Shown piece after piece: positions 1 to 13,193 of a DNA stretch of 64,000 bases. The DNA is from Eledone cirrhosa. Its lineage: Eukaryota. The stretch covers positions 29,574,001 through 29,638,000 of the forward strand of contig OZ024759.1 in NCBI GenBank assembly GCA_964016885.1, in the 5' to 3' direction. A program made the translations under genes and the position numbers. Positions within the stretch are counted from its first letter, which is position 1. Each line of letters begins with the position of its first letter. Below the pieces are notes generated by a model. That model did no database searches. It had not been told where the DNA came from and worked only from the letters and a program-made list of their open reading frames with translations.

Positions 1-435
1 AATCTGCATGGTTTACGACACAGGTGACAGAAGAGAGTTGTGCTTTCCACAGGACTGGTGGTGTCACCCTGTGGGACACAATCGTTATGTACCACCATGT
101 GTTTTTTTTAGTTTGGAACTAGTTCTACACACCTTGTTGCATAGCACACAAGTTGTTTCACCAGGTCTTTGTTGAGTGGTGTTTCAGGTGATTAATATAA
201 CCGGCCTTTGAGAGGTGTACACGCTGACAGAAATTGCATGTCCAACTACTGATGACTTCATCAAGACTGTGAGCACGGACCTTCTGGAGCTGACACTTCA
301 GTTGTTTATGTTTTAGATGACATTCCTCAAGTTTTACAACTGCCCTTTATGCACTTTCTCCATTCAGCCATATTTAGAGCTATCTCCTCCCAGTTGTCTA
401 TATCAAATACCAGCTCTTTGAGGTTGTTCTTCATG
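1..435 (-). mobile_element. Degenerate RTE-clade LINE C-terminal fragment with C2H2 zinc fingers
   Basis: Minus-strand translation (with stops and frameshifts) gives MKNNLKELVFDIDNWEEIALNMAEWRKCIK, then WTCNFCQRVHLSKAGYINHLKHH, CVLCNKVCRTSSKLKKHMVVH and FCHLCRKPC, resembling the C-terminus of RTE ORFs. Confidence 0.6.
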
Positions 436-891
436 CAGTACTTTTACCTCATACTTACATACATACACACACACACATGTATACATATATACACATTCAT
501 ATATAAATACATACATACATGCATAACACACTTACAGTACTTTTACCTCATACTTACATACATACATGTATACAAACATACATACACACACACACACACA
601 TGTATAAATATATACACATTCATATATAAATACATACATACATGCATAACACACTTACAAACATTGGTATCCCCTCCACATATATATATTTATACATACA
701 TATACACACGCATTTATACATACATGTAGATACACACACGTATACACATATATTTACATCCACCCCATTCACAATAAAACATGAGACGATTCATAAAAAA
801 TATTGCATCTATATCATTAAAAAAGAAAACTTACATATTCAGCATATAATTCTATGGGTTTTAGATTCTAAAAAAGATATTTATAAAAAGT

Positions 892-927
<36 letters not shown>

Positions 928-973
928 CACATATATATATATATACATATATATATATGTGTATATGTGTGTG

Positions 974-1037
<64 letters not shown>

Positions 1038-1085
1038 ACCCATGCCAGCGTGGAAGATAGACGTTAAACGATGATGATATATGTA

Positions 1086-1127
<42 letters not shown>

Positions 1128-1161
1128 CACATACACACATATATATATGTGTATATATATG

Positions 1162-1277
<116 letters not shown>

Positions 1278-1398
1278 TATATATATATATTTTCATAATT
1301 CTTCGGCTCTGTTTAATTACATTGAGCTATATCTTTACTGTCATTTCTATAATATGAAGAGGGTGTTTAACTCCAACACACACTAGTATTTTAATTCT

Positions 1399-1447
<49 letters not shown>

Positions 1448-1685
1448 GTATATGTATATATATAAATATATATACATCTCCACCATGAGCTTATGCATAT
1501 ATATATATATATGCATAAGCTCATGGTGGAGATGACGAAGGACAGTGACAAGTGGAGAGATGCTGTGCTGAATAGGACCCGTCCAACCCTTGCAAGCAGG
1601 GAAAAGCGGACGTAAAATGTTGATGATATATATACACATCTATATATACATATATATATACACATACATATATATATACTTATAT

Positions 1686-2018
1686 GGAGGCACATGGCTT
1701 AGTGGTTAGAGCATTGGCCTTGCAATCGAAAGATTGTGAGTTCAATTCTCAGACCGGGTGATGTGTTGTTTCCTTGAGCAAGACACTTTATTTCACATTG
1801 CTCCAGTTTACTCAGCTGTAGAAATGTGATGATAGGACTGGGGTCCATATCATTCCACTGCAGAGTGGACGTGGAGGTGCCACGGCAAAAAAGCACCCAG
1901 CACTCACTGTAAATGAGGTTGGTATTAGGAAGGGCATCCAGCTGTAGAAATCAAGCCAGCATCAGTTCCCGTCCCACCCTTGCAAGCAGGGAAAAGTGGC
2001 CGTAAAATGAAATGATGA
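1686..2018 (+). mobile_element. tRNA-derived SINE family 1 (CORE-like centre, RTE-derived tail)
   Basis: Box A tggcttagtgg, box B gagttcaattc, CORE-like ccttgagcaagacacttt, tail matching RTE 3' UTR, (tga)n end; near-identical copies at 5452, 57662, 60189 and 60953. Confidence 0.85.
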
Positions 2019-2033
2019 TATATATATATACAC

Positions 2034-2098
<65 letters not shown>

Positions 2099-2295
2099 CA
2101 CACACACATATATCATCATCACTGTTTTACGTCCATTCTGCCACGCTAGCATGGGTTAGACGTCTTGTCCTGCTGTGGGCAGTGTTAGGTCAGGTCACCT
2201 TGTCCTGCTCATATATATATACACACACACATATACATATACATACACACACATATACATATATATATATATACACACACATATATATATATAAT

Positions 2296-2422
2296 TGCCG
2301 TCGAAACGGCTTGAGCTCTGCTGTCGGGGTCAAACATTTTCCTATTACCCACTCTACTACCCTAAGTACTGAGTACTCTGGTGCGTTATGGTCCATCTGG
2401 TTCCTTACCACACTTCCTTCGT
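2296..2422 (+). mobile_element. Penelope-like terminal fragment, family A (3' half of a hammerhead)
   Basis: gaaa-cggc-loop-gctg-tc (stem III plus GUC) followed by a conserved tail, inserted in (TA)n; related copies at 10943-11135, 15090-15240 and 26740-27023. Confidence 0.55.
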
Positions 2423-2455
<33 letters not shown>

Positions 2456-2575
2456 TTGTATATACACACATATATATACATATACACATATTTGTATATA
2501 CACACACACATATATATATATATATACACACATATTTGTATATACACACACATATATATATTTATATGCACACAC

Positions 2576-2606
<31 letters not shown>

Positions 2607-3391
2607 CATATTTATAAACACATATGTATATGTATATATAAATAGTTGCAACAGTGATATAAACATGTACCTAATTTTCTTTGGGACTCCAACTCATTCA
2701 GCTGCTCATAAGAAAAATAGAAATAAAGATGGCCACTGGAGGTTGAATTTGGTTTCCTTTCAGAAACATAACTTAAGAGTTTAAACAAAGGCAGGTAATT
2801 TAGAAAATAGTTAAAATGTTTTTTTTTAATTATGAGGAAAAATAGGTTAGATCAGGGGAAGTAATTCTTGCAAAACCACAGTCAAGAGTGAAGAAAAATT
2901 TTTTTTTCTTAGTTGACTCATAGAATCTAAATACCTTGATACAAAATATTCAGTAACTCAAAGAAAATATATTACTGGACTAGTTAATCAGGTCTAAACC
3001 ATTTAATCTGAATATATTTCATTTTGTGTGGACAGTGATGCCATGTATTTAAAGCTATATATATATATATATATATATATGCATGTAGTTGATGGCCAAG
3101 AGAAAGGAGTACTCAATACCGAAGTAGAGTTTTTAATATGCATTTTATTAAGGCTAACCAGAGAGTCTTGTTACTCTGGAGTTTTGCCTGTTTATCACAG
3201 GGTCATCAGACAAGAACAGTAAACGTGGTTGGTGTTAGGAAGGGCATCCAGCCGTAGTAAACCTACCAGATAGTCCTATACAAGTGAGACATGGTCACCC
3301 GACCAACCTTGCCTCAAATGGGAGAATTCCCGTCTAACCCATGCTATCGTGGAAGATAGACGTTAAACGATGATGATGATATATACATATG

Positions 3392-3428
<37 letters not shown>

Positions 3429-3724
3429 ATATATGTATAAGAATAACATTAAGAAAGATTCTGTGATTACACAAAGCTTTTATTCCTTATAATTATTTCA
3501 ATGGCTCCCTTATGCAATCCAAGATGTATTTACAGCATAGATTGCATAAGGGAGCCATTGAAATAATTATATTGAATAAACACTTTATGTAATCACAGCA
3601 TCGTTCTTCATGTTATTCTTATATTCTTATACTGAATCTCCATCGTAACTACACACTAGGAACGTAGAGAACTTTCTCCTGCTTACTCTATTTTTTTTTT
3701 TACTAAAACTACTTCTACTGAACA

Positions 3725-3775
<51 letters not shown>

Positions 3776-4014
3776 TAAACAAATAATGAATAAACAATTC
3801 CTTATATTAAACAAAAAAAGTTCATTGAACTTTTTTTGTTTAATATAAGGAATTGTTTATTCATTATTTGTTTAATATTTTATCTTGACTCTGTATACCG
3901 TTTATCTTTCACCGAAAGTGATTTTTCATTACATCTCTTCTTTCCATGATATCCGGAATACATTGAGTTCTTCATACGGATTGGACACTACCGTAAACTC
4001 TTGGTAGATTTATC

Positions 4015-4063
<49 letters not shown>

Positions 4064-4139
4064 AAGTATATATCCCTACACGCACAAAGCGCATAGAGAC
4101 ACATGTATTGTCCAACCACATGTATTGCTAAACCTTGAT

Positions 4140-4174
<35 letters not shown>

Positions 4175-4217
4175 GTATATTCTATACAGATATATATATA
4201 TATATGTTATTTTTCAG

Positions 4218-4425
4218 TTGGGTTGTTGGTCTTTGGAGCGAATGTTCTAGAAGCTGTGATGTCGGTGAACAAGTTCGTTCGGTTCGTTGTTGGAGAATGT
4301 TAGCTCCAGGTTTCGACAGCAGTGTCCATGTCTACCTTTGTAACTCTGCAGCAAGACCTGTGTCCAGGCGGAAGTGTAACAAACAGCCCTGTGGGCCCCA
4401 GTGGCAAATGTCCACATGGTCAACG
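4218..4425 (+). CDS. ADAMTSL2: ADAMTS-like protein 2 homolog, internal exon (TSP1 repeat)
   Basis: AG/GT bounded; WVVGLWSECSRSCDVGEQVRSVRCWRMLAPGFDSSVHVYLC...CGPQWQMSTWST resembles the vertebrate ADAMTSL2 segment VRCWKMLSPGFDSSVY...CGPQWEMSEWS as I recall it; upstream exons lie outside the window. Confidence 0.9.
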
Positions 4426-5451
4426 GTAATGAAATCCCTTTATATTTGCTTTGCTTCCCTTGAAACGTATGTCTGTATGTATCTAACTATGAGTGTATCT
4501 ATGTATGTATGTATGTATGTATGTATGTATGTATCTGACTATGTATGTATGTACGTATGTATGTGTATATGTCATCCGGGAGAGATGACCCCTTAGCCTT
4601 TGTCAAGGCAGAATTCTAGGAGAAGGAAAACTCTGATATAACACCTGCAATCCTGATGGTATCCAATGATGTTGACTTGTTCTTCTTTTTGGTAAATATC
4701 ATCTTGGTTAAGAGAGTGGGACTGGCTTTGTGCAGTGCCTTTGCTCACTATAAAAGCTTCACGGCACAGGCATTGCTTTATATCTGGAGATCTCTCTGCA
4801 CTTGTTGTCACATTGTACCATGGGCCCAGCACTATGTGTCAATAATTGTCACAAGTGTAGTGTTTGTACCAAAGTTTTCAAGTCGCTGGCTGGACTAAAA
4901 AGTCACACTCGTTCAGCGCATTGGTAGGGGTTCTCCTACATGGATATAAAGTAGTGGCCATACTCGAAAACGAGTTGGCAGCCACCATGTATGTATGTAT
5001 GTCAATGTATGTATGTATAAATGTATGTACGTATGTATGTGTATATGTATCTAACCATTAATATATATCTAAGTCTAAAGTCTGTCTTAAGCCAGAAAGC
5101 TCATTTGGCTGGTGCCTATCCCGGTGTCATGGCACGAGGTGACTGAGAGTACAAAACTTCCCCCTGGACAGGACACCAGTCCATCGCAGGGTTAAACCCC
5201 CAGCTATTGCTGGTACTCATTTTCAACTGGGTATACGTATACAGGAGCAGCATGAAATGAAATGTTTTGCTCAAGAACACAACACGCAACCCAGGAATCA
5301 ACCTCATGACATTATGATTGCAAGTCCAATACCCTTACCACTAGGCAACGTGCCCCCACATTAATGTATGTGCATATGTATGTATGCATGTATCTAATTA
5401 TGTATGTATGTATCTAACTATGCATGTATATATGTATGTATATATATATAT

Positions 5452-5790
5452 GGAGGCACATGGCTTAGTGGTTAGAGCATTGGCCTTGCAATCGAAAGGT
5501 TGTGAGTTCAATTCTCAGACCGAGTGATGTGTTGTTTCCTTGAGCAAGACACTTTATTTCACATTGCTCCAGTTTACTCAGCTGTAGAAATGAGATGATA
5601 GGGACTCGGGTCCCTATCATTCCACTGCAAAGTGGTCGTGGAGGTGACACGGCAAAAAAGCACCCAGCACTCACTGTAAATGAGGTTAGGTGTTAGGAAG
5701 GGCATCCTGCTGTAGAAATCAAGCCAGAATCAGTTCCCGTCCCACCTTTGCAAGCAGGGAAAAAGGGGACGTAAAATGATGATGTTGATG
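5452..5790 (+). mobile_element. tRNA-derived SINE family 1
   Basis: Near-identical to 1686-2018. Confidence 0.85.
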
Positions 5791-5885
5791 TGTTAAGGTA
5801 ATCATTATCATCACTACCACCAGCACCACCATCGTTTAACGTCTATTTTTCATGCTTCTTCTTCTTCTTCTTCTTTCCTGGTCAG

Positions 5886-6041
5886 TGTTCATCATTGTGT
5901 GGTTATGGGATCCAACGGCGCCATGTTAGATGTAATTCTGGAAATGACATCCATTGTAACAGATCATCTAAGCCGACCATCCACCAGTCTTGCTTCCACC
6001 CTCCTTGTGTCAACAGTTGGAAAGTTAAGAAATGGTCAAAG
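5886..6041 (+). CDS. ADAMTSL2: ADAMTSL2-like exon (TSP1 repeat)
   Basis: cag|...|gtaatg, 156 bp, phase 0-0; CSSLCGYGIQRRHVRCNSGNDIHC...PPCVNSWKVKKWSK. Confidence 0.9.
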
Positions 6042-6079
6042 GTAATGTCATAAACAATTTTTACTGATGTTGTTGTTCT

Positions 6080-6330
6080 TCTTCACCCACCACGTATTTC
6101 TGAGAGGGTCGTGGGGGCAGAGTCCTCAAACACTCCCTCCAGCGGGTCCTGTCTGAAGCAGCCGTCTTCAACTGATCCGACTGGATCCCCAAGTGGGACC
6201 AGCCAAGCTCAGGGTCTACCCCTGGGTCTCCTGCCGGTTGGTTTTGTCTGTAAAATCTGTCCAATGATTCTTTCCTGAGACATTCTAACCACATGTCCAC
6301 AGTACTGGAGCTGTTATCTCTCTATTCGGA
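6080..6330 (-). mobile_element. RTE-clade LINE 3' end fragment (source of the adjacent minisatellite)
   Basis: Minus strand reads LLLRIER*QLQYCGHVVRMSQERIIGQILQTKPTGRRPRGRP, the typical RTE C-terminal motif. Confidence 0.75.
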
Positions 6331-9300
6331 GAAGTAGCCGCTCTACCTGGAACAACTCTCCAGAAAATCTTTCCTGACATATTCTAACCACATGCCCACA
6401 GTATCAGAGCTGTGATCTCTCAATTCGGAGAAGTAGTGACTCTACCTGGAGCAACTCTTTCCTGAGACATTCTGACCACATGCCCACAGTATCAGAGCTG
6501 TGATCTCTCAATTCAGAGAAGTAGTGGCTCTACCTGGAGCAACTCTTTCCTGAGACATTCTGACCACATGCCCACAGTATCAGAGCTGTGATCTCTCAAT
6601 TCAGAGAAGTAGTGGCTCTACCTGGAACAACTCTCCAGCAATTCTTTCCTGAGACATTCTGACCACATGCCCACAGTATCAGAGCTGTGATCTCTCAATT
6701 CAGAGAAGTAGTGGCTCTACCTGGAGCAACTCTTTCCTGAGACATTCTGACCACATGCCCACAGTATCAGAGCTGTGATCTCTCAATTCAGAGAAGTAGT
6801 GGCTCTACCTGGAACAACTCTCCAGCAATTCTTTCCTGAGACATTCTGACCACATGCCCACAGTATCAGAGCTGTGATCTCTCAATTCGGAGAAGTAGTG
6901 ACTCTACCTGGAGCAACTCTCCAGCAATTCTTTCCTGAGACATTCTGACCACATGCCCACAGTATCAGAGCTGTGATCTCTCAATTCAGAGAAGTAGTGG
7001 CTCTACCTGGAGCAACTCTTTCCTGAGACATTCTGACCACATGCCCACAGTATCAGAGCTGTGATCTCTCAATTCAGAGAAGTAGTGGCTCTACCTGGAG
7101 CAACTCTTTCCTGAGACATTCTAACCACATGCCCACAGTATCAGAGCTGTGATCTCTCAATTCAGAGAAGTAGTGGCTCTACCTGGAGCAACTCTTTCCT
7201 GAGACATTCTAACCACATGCCCACAGTATCAGAGCTGTGATCTCTCAATTCAGAGAAGTAGTGGCTCTCCCTGGAGCAACTCTTTCCTGAGACATTCTAA
7301 CCACATGCCCACAGTATCAGAGCTGTGATCTCGCAATTCAGAGAAGTAGTGGCTCTACCTGGAGCAACTCTTTCCTGAGACATTCTAACCACATGCCCAC
7401 AGTATCAGAGCTGTGATCTCTCAATTCAGAGAAGTAGTGGCTCTACCTGGAGCAACTCTTTCCTGAGACATTCTAACCACATGCCCACAGTATCAGAGCT
7501 GTGATCTCTCAATTCAGAGAAGTAGTGGCTCTCCCTGGAGCAACTCTTTCCTGAGACATTCTAACAACATGCCCACAGTATCAGAGCTGTGATCTCGCAA
7601 TTCAGAGAAGTAGTGGCTCTCCCTGGAACAACTCTCCAGAAAATCTTTCCTGACATATTCTAACCACATGTCCATTGTATCAGAGCTGTGATCTCTCAAT
7701 TCAGAGAAGTAGTGGCTCTACCTGGAGCAACTCTTTCCTGAGACATTCTAACCACATGCCCATAGTATCAGAGCTGTGATCTCTCAATTCAGAGAAGTAG
7801 TGGCTCTACCTGGAGCAACTCTTTCCTGAGACATTCTAACCACATGCCCACAGTATCAGAGCTGTGATCTCGCAATTCAGAGAAGTAGTGGCTCTATCTG
7901 GAGCAACTCTTTCCTGAGACATTCTGACCACATGCCCACAGTATCAGAGTTGTGATCCCTCAATTCAGAGAAGTAGTGGCTCTACCTGGAGCAACTCTTT
8001 CCTGAGACATTCTGACCACATGCCCACAGTATCAGAGCTGTGATCTCGCAATTCAGAGAAGTAGTGGCTCTATCTGGAGCAACTCTTTCCTGAGACATTC
8101 TGACCACATGCCCACAGTATCAGAGTTGTGATCCCTCAATTCAGAGAAGTAGTGGCTCTACCTGGAGCAACTCTTTCCTGAGACATTCTGACCACATGCC
8201 CATAGTATCAGAGCTGTGATCTCTCAATTCAGAGAAGTAGTGGCTCTACCTGGAGCAATTCTTTCCTGACATATTCTAACCACATGTCCACAGTATCAGA
8301 GCTGTGATCTCGCAATTCAGAGAAGTAGTGGCTCTACCTGGAGCAATTCTTTCCTGAGACATTCTAACCACATGCCCATAGTATCAGAGCTGTGATCTCT
8401 CAATTCGGAGAAGTAGCCACTCTACCTGGAGCAACTCTTTCCTGAGACATTCTAACCACATGTTCATAGTATCAGAGCTGTGATCTCGCAATTCAGAGAA
8501 GTAGCGGCTCTACCTGGAGCAACTCTTTCCTGAGACATTCTAACCACATGCCCATAGTATCAGAGCTGAGATCTCGCAATTCAGAGAAGTAGCGGCTCTA
8601 CCTGGAGCAACTCTTTCCTGAGACATTCTAACCACATGCCCATAGTATCAGAGCTGAGATCTCGCAATTCAGAGAAGTAGTGGCTCTACCTGGAGCAACT
8701 CTTTCCTGAGACATTCTAACCACATGCCCATAGTATCAGAGCTGTGATCTCGCAATTCAGAGAAGTAGTGACTCTACCTGGAGCAACTCTTTCCTGAGAC
8801 ATTCTAACCACATGCCCATAGTATCAGAGCTGAGATCTCGCAATTCAGAGAAGTAGTGGCTCTACCTGGAGCAACTCTTTCCTGAGACATTCTAACCACA
8901 TGCCCATAGTATCAGAGCTGTGATCTCGCAATTCAGAGAAGTAGTGACTCTACCTGGAGCAACTCTTTCCTGAGACATTCTAACCACATGCCCATAGTAT
9001 CAGAGCTGTGATCTCGCAATTCAGAGAAGTAGTGACTCTACCTGGAGCAACTCTTTCCTGAGACATTCTAACCACATGCCCACAGTATCAGAGCTGAGAT
9101 CTCGCAATTCAGAGAAGTAGTGACTCTACCTGGAGCAACTCTTTCCTGAGACATTCTAACCACATGCCCATAGTATCAGAGCTGTGATCTCGCAATTCAG
9201 AGAAGTAGTGACTCTACCTGGAGCAACTCTTTCCTGAGACATTCTGACCACATGCTCACAGTATCAGAGCTGAGATCTCGCAATTCAGAGAAGTAGTGGC

Positions 9301-9790
9301 TCTACCTGGAGCAACTCTTTCCTGAGACATTCTAACCACATGCCCACAGTATCAGAGCTGTGATCTCTCAATTCAGAGAAGTAGTGGCTCTACCTGGAGC
9401 AACTCTTTCCTGAGACATTCTGACCACATGCCCACAGTATCAGAGCTGTGATCTCTCAATTCAGAGAAGTAGTGGCTCTACCTGGAGCAACTCTTTCCTG
9501 AGACATTCTGACCACATGCCCACAGTATCAGAGCTGTGATCTCTCAATTCAGAGAAGTAGTGGCTCTACCTGGAGCAACTCTTTCCTGAGACATTCTGAC
9601 CACATGCCCACAGTATCAGAGCTGTGATCTCTCAATTCAGAGAAGTAGTGGCTCTACCTGGAGCAACTCTTTCCTGAGACATTCTAACCACATGCCCATA
9701 GTATCAGAGCTGTGATCTCTCAATTCGGAGAAGTAGTGACTCAACCTGGAGCAACTCTCCAGTAATTCTTTCCTGAGACATTCTAACCAT
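6268..9790. repeat. 88-bp tandem repeat (about 39 copies, some 99-bp variants) in an ADAMTSL2 intron
   Basis: Unit ctttcctgagacattctaaccacatgcccacagtatcagagctgtgatctctcaattcagagaagtagtggctctacctggagcaact repeated head-to-tail with no spacers. Confidence 0.97.
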
Positions 9791-10007
9791 AGTATCGGAG
9801 CTTTATTCTACCACATTGATAATGTTTCCTCTACCAAATTTCTATTATCTATTCAACAGGACTTATAATGTCTATTCTACCAAACTGATAATGTCTATTC
9901 TGCTTTTGTTGTTGATTACTTTCTTAAAATCAATTAAATTCTTAGTAAATGTACAGCATTTATGATTCTTTGATTTTACATTAAGAATATGCATTGTTTC
10001 CTTCCAG

Positions 10008-10181
10008 TGTAATGGACCATGTGGGCGAGGTGTGCAGCGCCGTGACGTAATGTGTGTGGACCGAAATGGAATCAGAAGTGATATCAGATCCTGCGATAAA
10101 AACACCAAACCACAGACAGTGCAAGGTTGTGGCTATGCCCCATATTGTCCATCTATGTGGGTACCACAAGCATATGACACT
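10008..10181 (+). CDS. ADAMTSL2: ADAMTSL2-like exon (TSP1 repeat)
   Basis: ttccag|...|gtgagt, 174 bp; CNGPCGRGVQRRDVMCVDRNG...CPSMWVPQAYDT. Confidence 0.9.
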
Positions 10182-10312
10182 GTGAGTAACTTATATTTTA
10201 TAACACGCACACATATATGTATTTGAATGTATGTATGTATTTACATATGCATACATTTAAATATGTATGTATATATTATATATACACATATAAATATATA
10301 TATATATATATG

Positions 10313-10565
10313 CAGAGGTTATATTTAATTTGTTGGGATTCAACAAGCTTAAACATTTTATAACTAATATAAAGCACTCAACAGATTAGTGGAGTAATTA
10401 TTCAATATATTGTCTTTTTTCCGGGTATGTCAATATTTATTTATAAAACAAATCTGTATTTTATCTGATGAAAGCGCACCATAATTTGCATTGGTTGCGC
10501 TTGAAATATATATAATAAAATAATTATGGTTTTATAAATATAGTTTCCATTTATTAATATATTGT
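10313..10565. mobile_element. Penelope-like terminal element, family F (rearranged, hammerhead-containing)
   Basis: Homologous to 34625-35174 and 59395-59698; flanked by (TA)n. Confidence 0.6.
10459..10520 (+). ncRNA. Type I hammerhead ribozyme motif
   Basis: ttttat-CTGATGA-aagcgcacca..tggttgcgctt-GAAA-tatata-ta-ataaaa: stem I, core, stem II and palindromic stem III. Confidence 0.65.
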
Positions 10566-11131
10566 ATATATATATATATACACACACATGTATACACGAA
10601 TATATATATATATATGCATGTATATACATGTATATATATGCATATATATGCATGTCGTATATATATATATATATACATGGAAGAAATATATATATATATA
10701 TTATATATATGCACATATATACATGTATACATATATGCACATATATAATGTATATAATATGTATATATATGCATATATGTGTACATATATATGCATATAT
10801 ATGTACATATATATGCATATATATGTATATATAACGAAGGAGTATATATATATATATATGTGTGTATATACAAATATGTGTATATATATATATATGTATA
10901 TATATGTGTGTATATACAAATATGTGTATATATATATATATAATGAAGGAAGTGTGGTAAGGAATCAGATGGACCATAACGCACCAGAGTACTCAATACT
11001 TAGGGTAGTAGAGTGGGTAATAGGAAAAAGTATGACCCCGACGGCAGAGCTGAAGCCGTTTCGACGGCTATTTCTAGTCCAGAAATAGCCGTCAAAGCGG
11101 CTTGAGCTCTGCCGTCGGGGTTATACTTTTT

Positions 11132-11170
<39 letters not shown>

Positions 11171-11362
11171 CATTAAAAAATATAGATGTCATGTTTGAGA
11201 AAATTTCAAATATGTGCCCTACCACTTGTAGAATTTCACCCATAAAGCACTGGTCAGCCTGAGGCTATTGTAGAAGAAATTTGTCCTCAAATGCCACGAA
11301 TTAGGGCTCAATCCAAACCTATGTGGCTGAGTCAATGAATAAATAGATCACACTGCTTTCAT

Positions 11363-11730
11363 GGATTAACTTGACTCTCTGTCACCATCCAATTCTATTG
11401 TCCATTATATTTGACAGGTCAGAAAGGTTGGATTAACTTGACACTCTGTCACCATCCATTTCTATTGTCCATTACATTTGACATGTCAGAAAGGTTGGAT
11501 TAACTTGACTCTCTGTCACCATCCATTTCTATTGTCCATTACATTTGATAGGTCAGAAAGGTTGGATTAACTTGACTCTCTGTCACCATCCAATTCTATT
11601 GTCCATCAGATTTGACAGGTCAGAAAAATTGCAGTTTATGTCATCACAAATCTGTTAGGTCACACTGCTGGAATGGATTACCTCGACTCTCTGGTCACCA
11701 TCCAATTCTATTGTCCATCATATTTGACAG
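11363..11730. repeat. 67-bp minisatellite, about 4-5 copies
   Basis: Unit ggattaacttgactctctgtcaccatccaattctattgtccattatatttgacaggtcagaaaggtt. Confidence 0.9.
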
Positions 11731-11955
11731 TTTATTTCATCACAAATCTGCTTTATATATGTCTTGGCTTGTCATCCTCTGTTAGACCTTCATTGTGTAA
11801 ATTCCAACAAAAGAACTTCACTAACAATTTCATCCCTAGCTCTCTAGCAATGCACTGAACATCATACACCACACAACCCAATGACATTTGGGATTGTATT
11901 CGTAAAAAGAAAATGGACAATGTCACACTAGTTTCATTATAATTTATCATTTCAG

Positions 11956-12135
11956 TGTTCAGCTTCTTGTGGCCAAGGAATTGTAACCAGAAAAGTGGTC
12001 TGTGGTCGTGTAGTTCAAAATAGTTTCCAGCTGCAGTCTGATGCACACTGTCGCCATAAACCACGCCCCACCAGCACAACCACCTGCACTGCCAAACCAT
12101 GTCTTTCAAGTTGGTATACCACAGAATGGTCGAAA
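11956..12135 (+). CDS. ADAMTSL2: ADAMTSL2-like exon (TSP1 repeat)
   Basis: ttcag|...|gtaagt, 180 bp; [19 protein letters not shown]...[14 protein letters not shown]. Confidence 0.9.
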
Positions 12136-12228
12136 GTAAGTGGTTGATATTTATTGAAAACAAATTACACACACATATATATATGTATATATATATATTG
12201 TGTATATATATATGTGTATATATATATA

Positions 12229-12274
<46 letters not shown>

Positions 12275-12495
12275 ATGTATATATACATGAATATATATAT
12301 ATATGTATATGAATATATATGTATATATACATATATATATGTGTGTGTGTAATTTGTTTATGTAAGTACATATATGTATATAAGTATATGTAAGTACATA
12401 TACTTATATATGTATATATATATATATATTTATATACGTAAATATATGTTTATATATGTAAATACATATATATATATATATACAAATATATATGT

Positions 12496-12540
<45 letters not shown>

Positions 12541-12545
<5 letters not shown>

Positions 12546-13110
12546 ATACTTTGGGAGGGTCATGTTGCCAATAAGAAACACCCGCACCAGTTGCTTTCAC
12601 TTCAATTTATTATAATAAATTTATAAATTTAGGAATTTATAAATTTCCGGTTGGTTGGTTCCACAACCAGATGGTTGTTTATATATTGTCAAAGTTATTT
12701 CATCACACATTCTGTGACCTCTTCAGTGACTGGGGATTCTTTTCTTTGTTTTTGTGCCTCTCCTTTGTTCTGTCCTACGCCATTTTGTTTTTGTAGGATG
12801 GCGTAGGACAGAACAAAGGAGAGGCACAAAAAACAAAGAAAAGAATCCCCAGTCACTGAAGATGTCACAGAATGTGTGACAAAAGAACTTTGACAATATA
12901 TAAACAACCATCTGGTTGTGGAACCAACCAACCAACCAACCAGAAATTTATAAATTCCTAAATTTATAAATTTATTATAATAAATTGAAGTGAAAGCAAC
13001 TGGTGCGTGTGTTTCTTAATGGCAACATGACCCTCCCAAAGTATAACAATATCGGTTTCAACACACGTTTTCAGATAAAGAATCTTGCTAAACAAATTCA
13101 GAAACGAAAT
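12541..13110 (+). mobile_element. Fold-back Penelope-like terminal element, family H (about 245-bp inverted arms, hammerhead in each arm)
   Basis: Near-perfect palindrome 12541-13049 with a 14-nt loop plus a 60-nt unique tail, in (TA)n; copies at 16447-16740 and 52645-52986. Confidence 0.65.
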
Positions 13111-13150
13111 ATATATATGTATACATATATATTTGTATGCATATGTATGC

Positions 13151-13193
<43 letters not shown>

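Noticed and set aside
1686-1757. tRNA gene candidates (also 5452, 50982, 57662, 60189, 61205)
   Set aside because: Box A/B present but no proper acceptor stem, and each continues into a SINE body
4620-4985. Non-repetitive intronic block, possibly a decayed transposon ORF or an extra exon
   Set aside because: Stops in the plausible frames, no TSP1 pattern, and the flanking exons already join in phase; could not be assigned
6268-9790. Possible CRISPR array
   Set aside because: Units are contiguous with no unique spacers, the context is a eukaryotic intron, and the unit derives from a LINE
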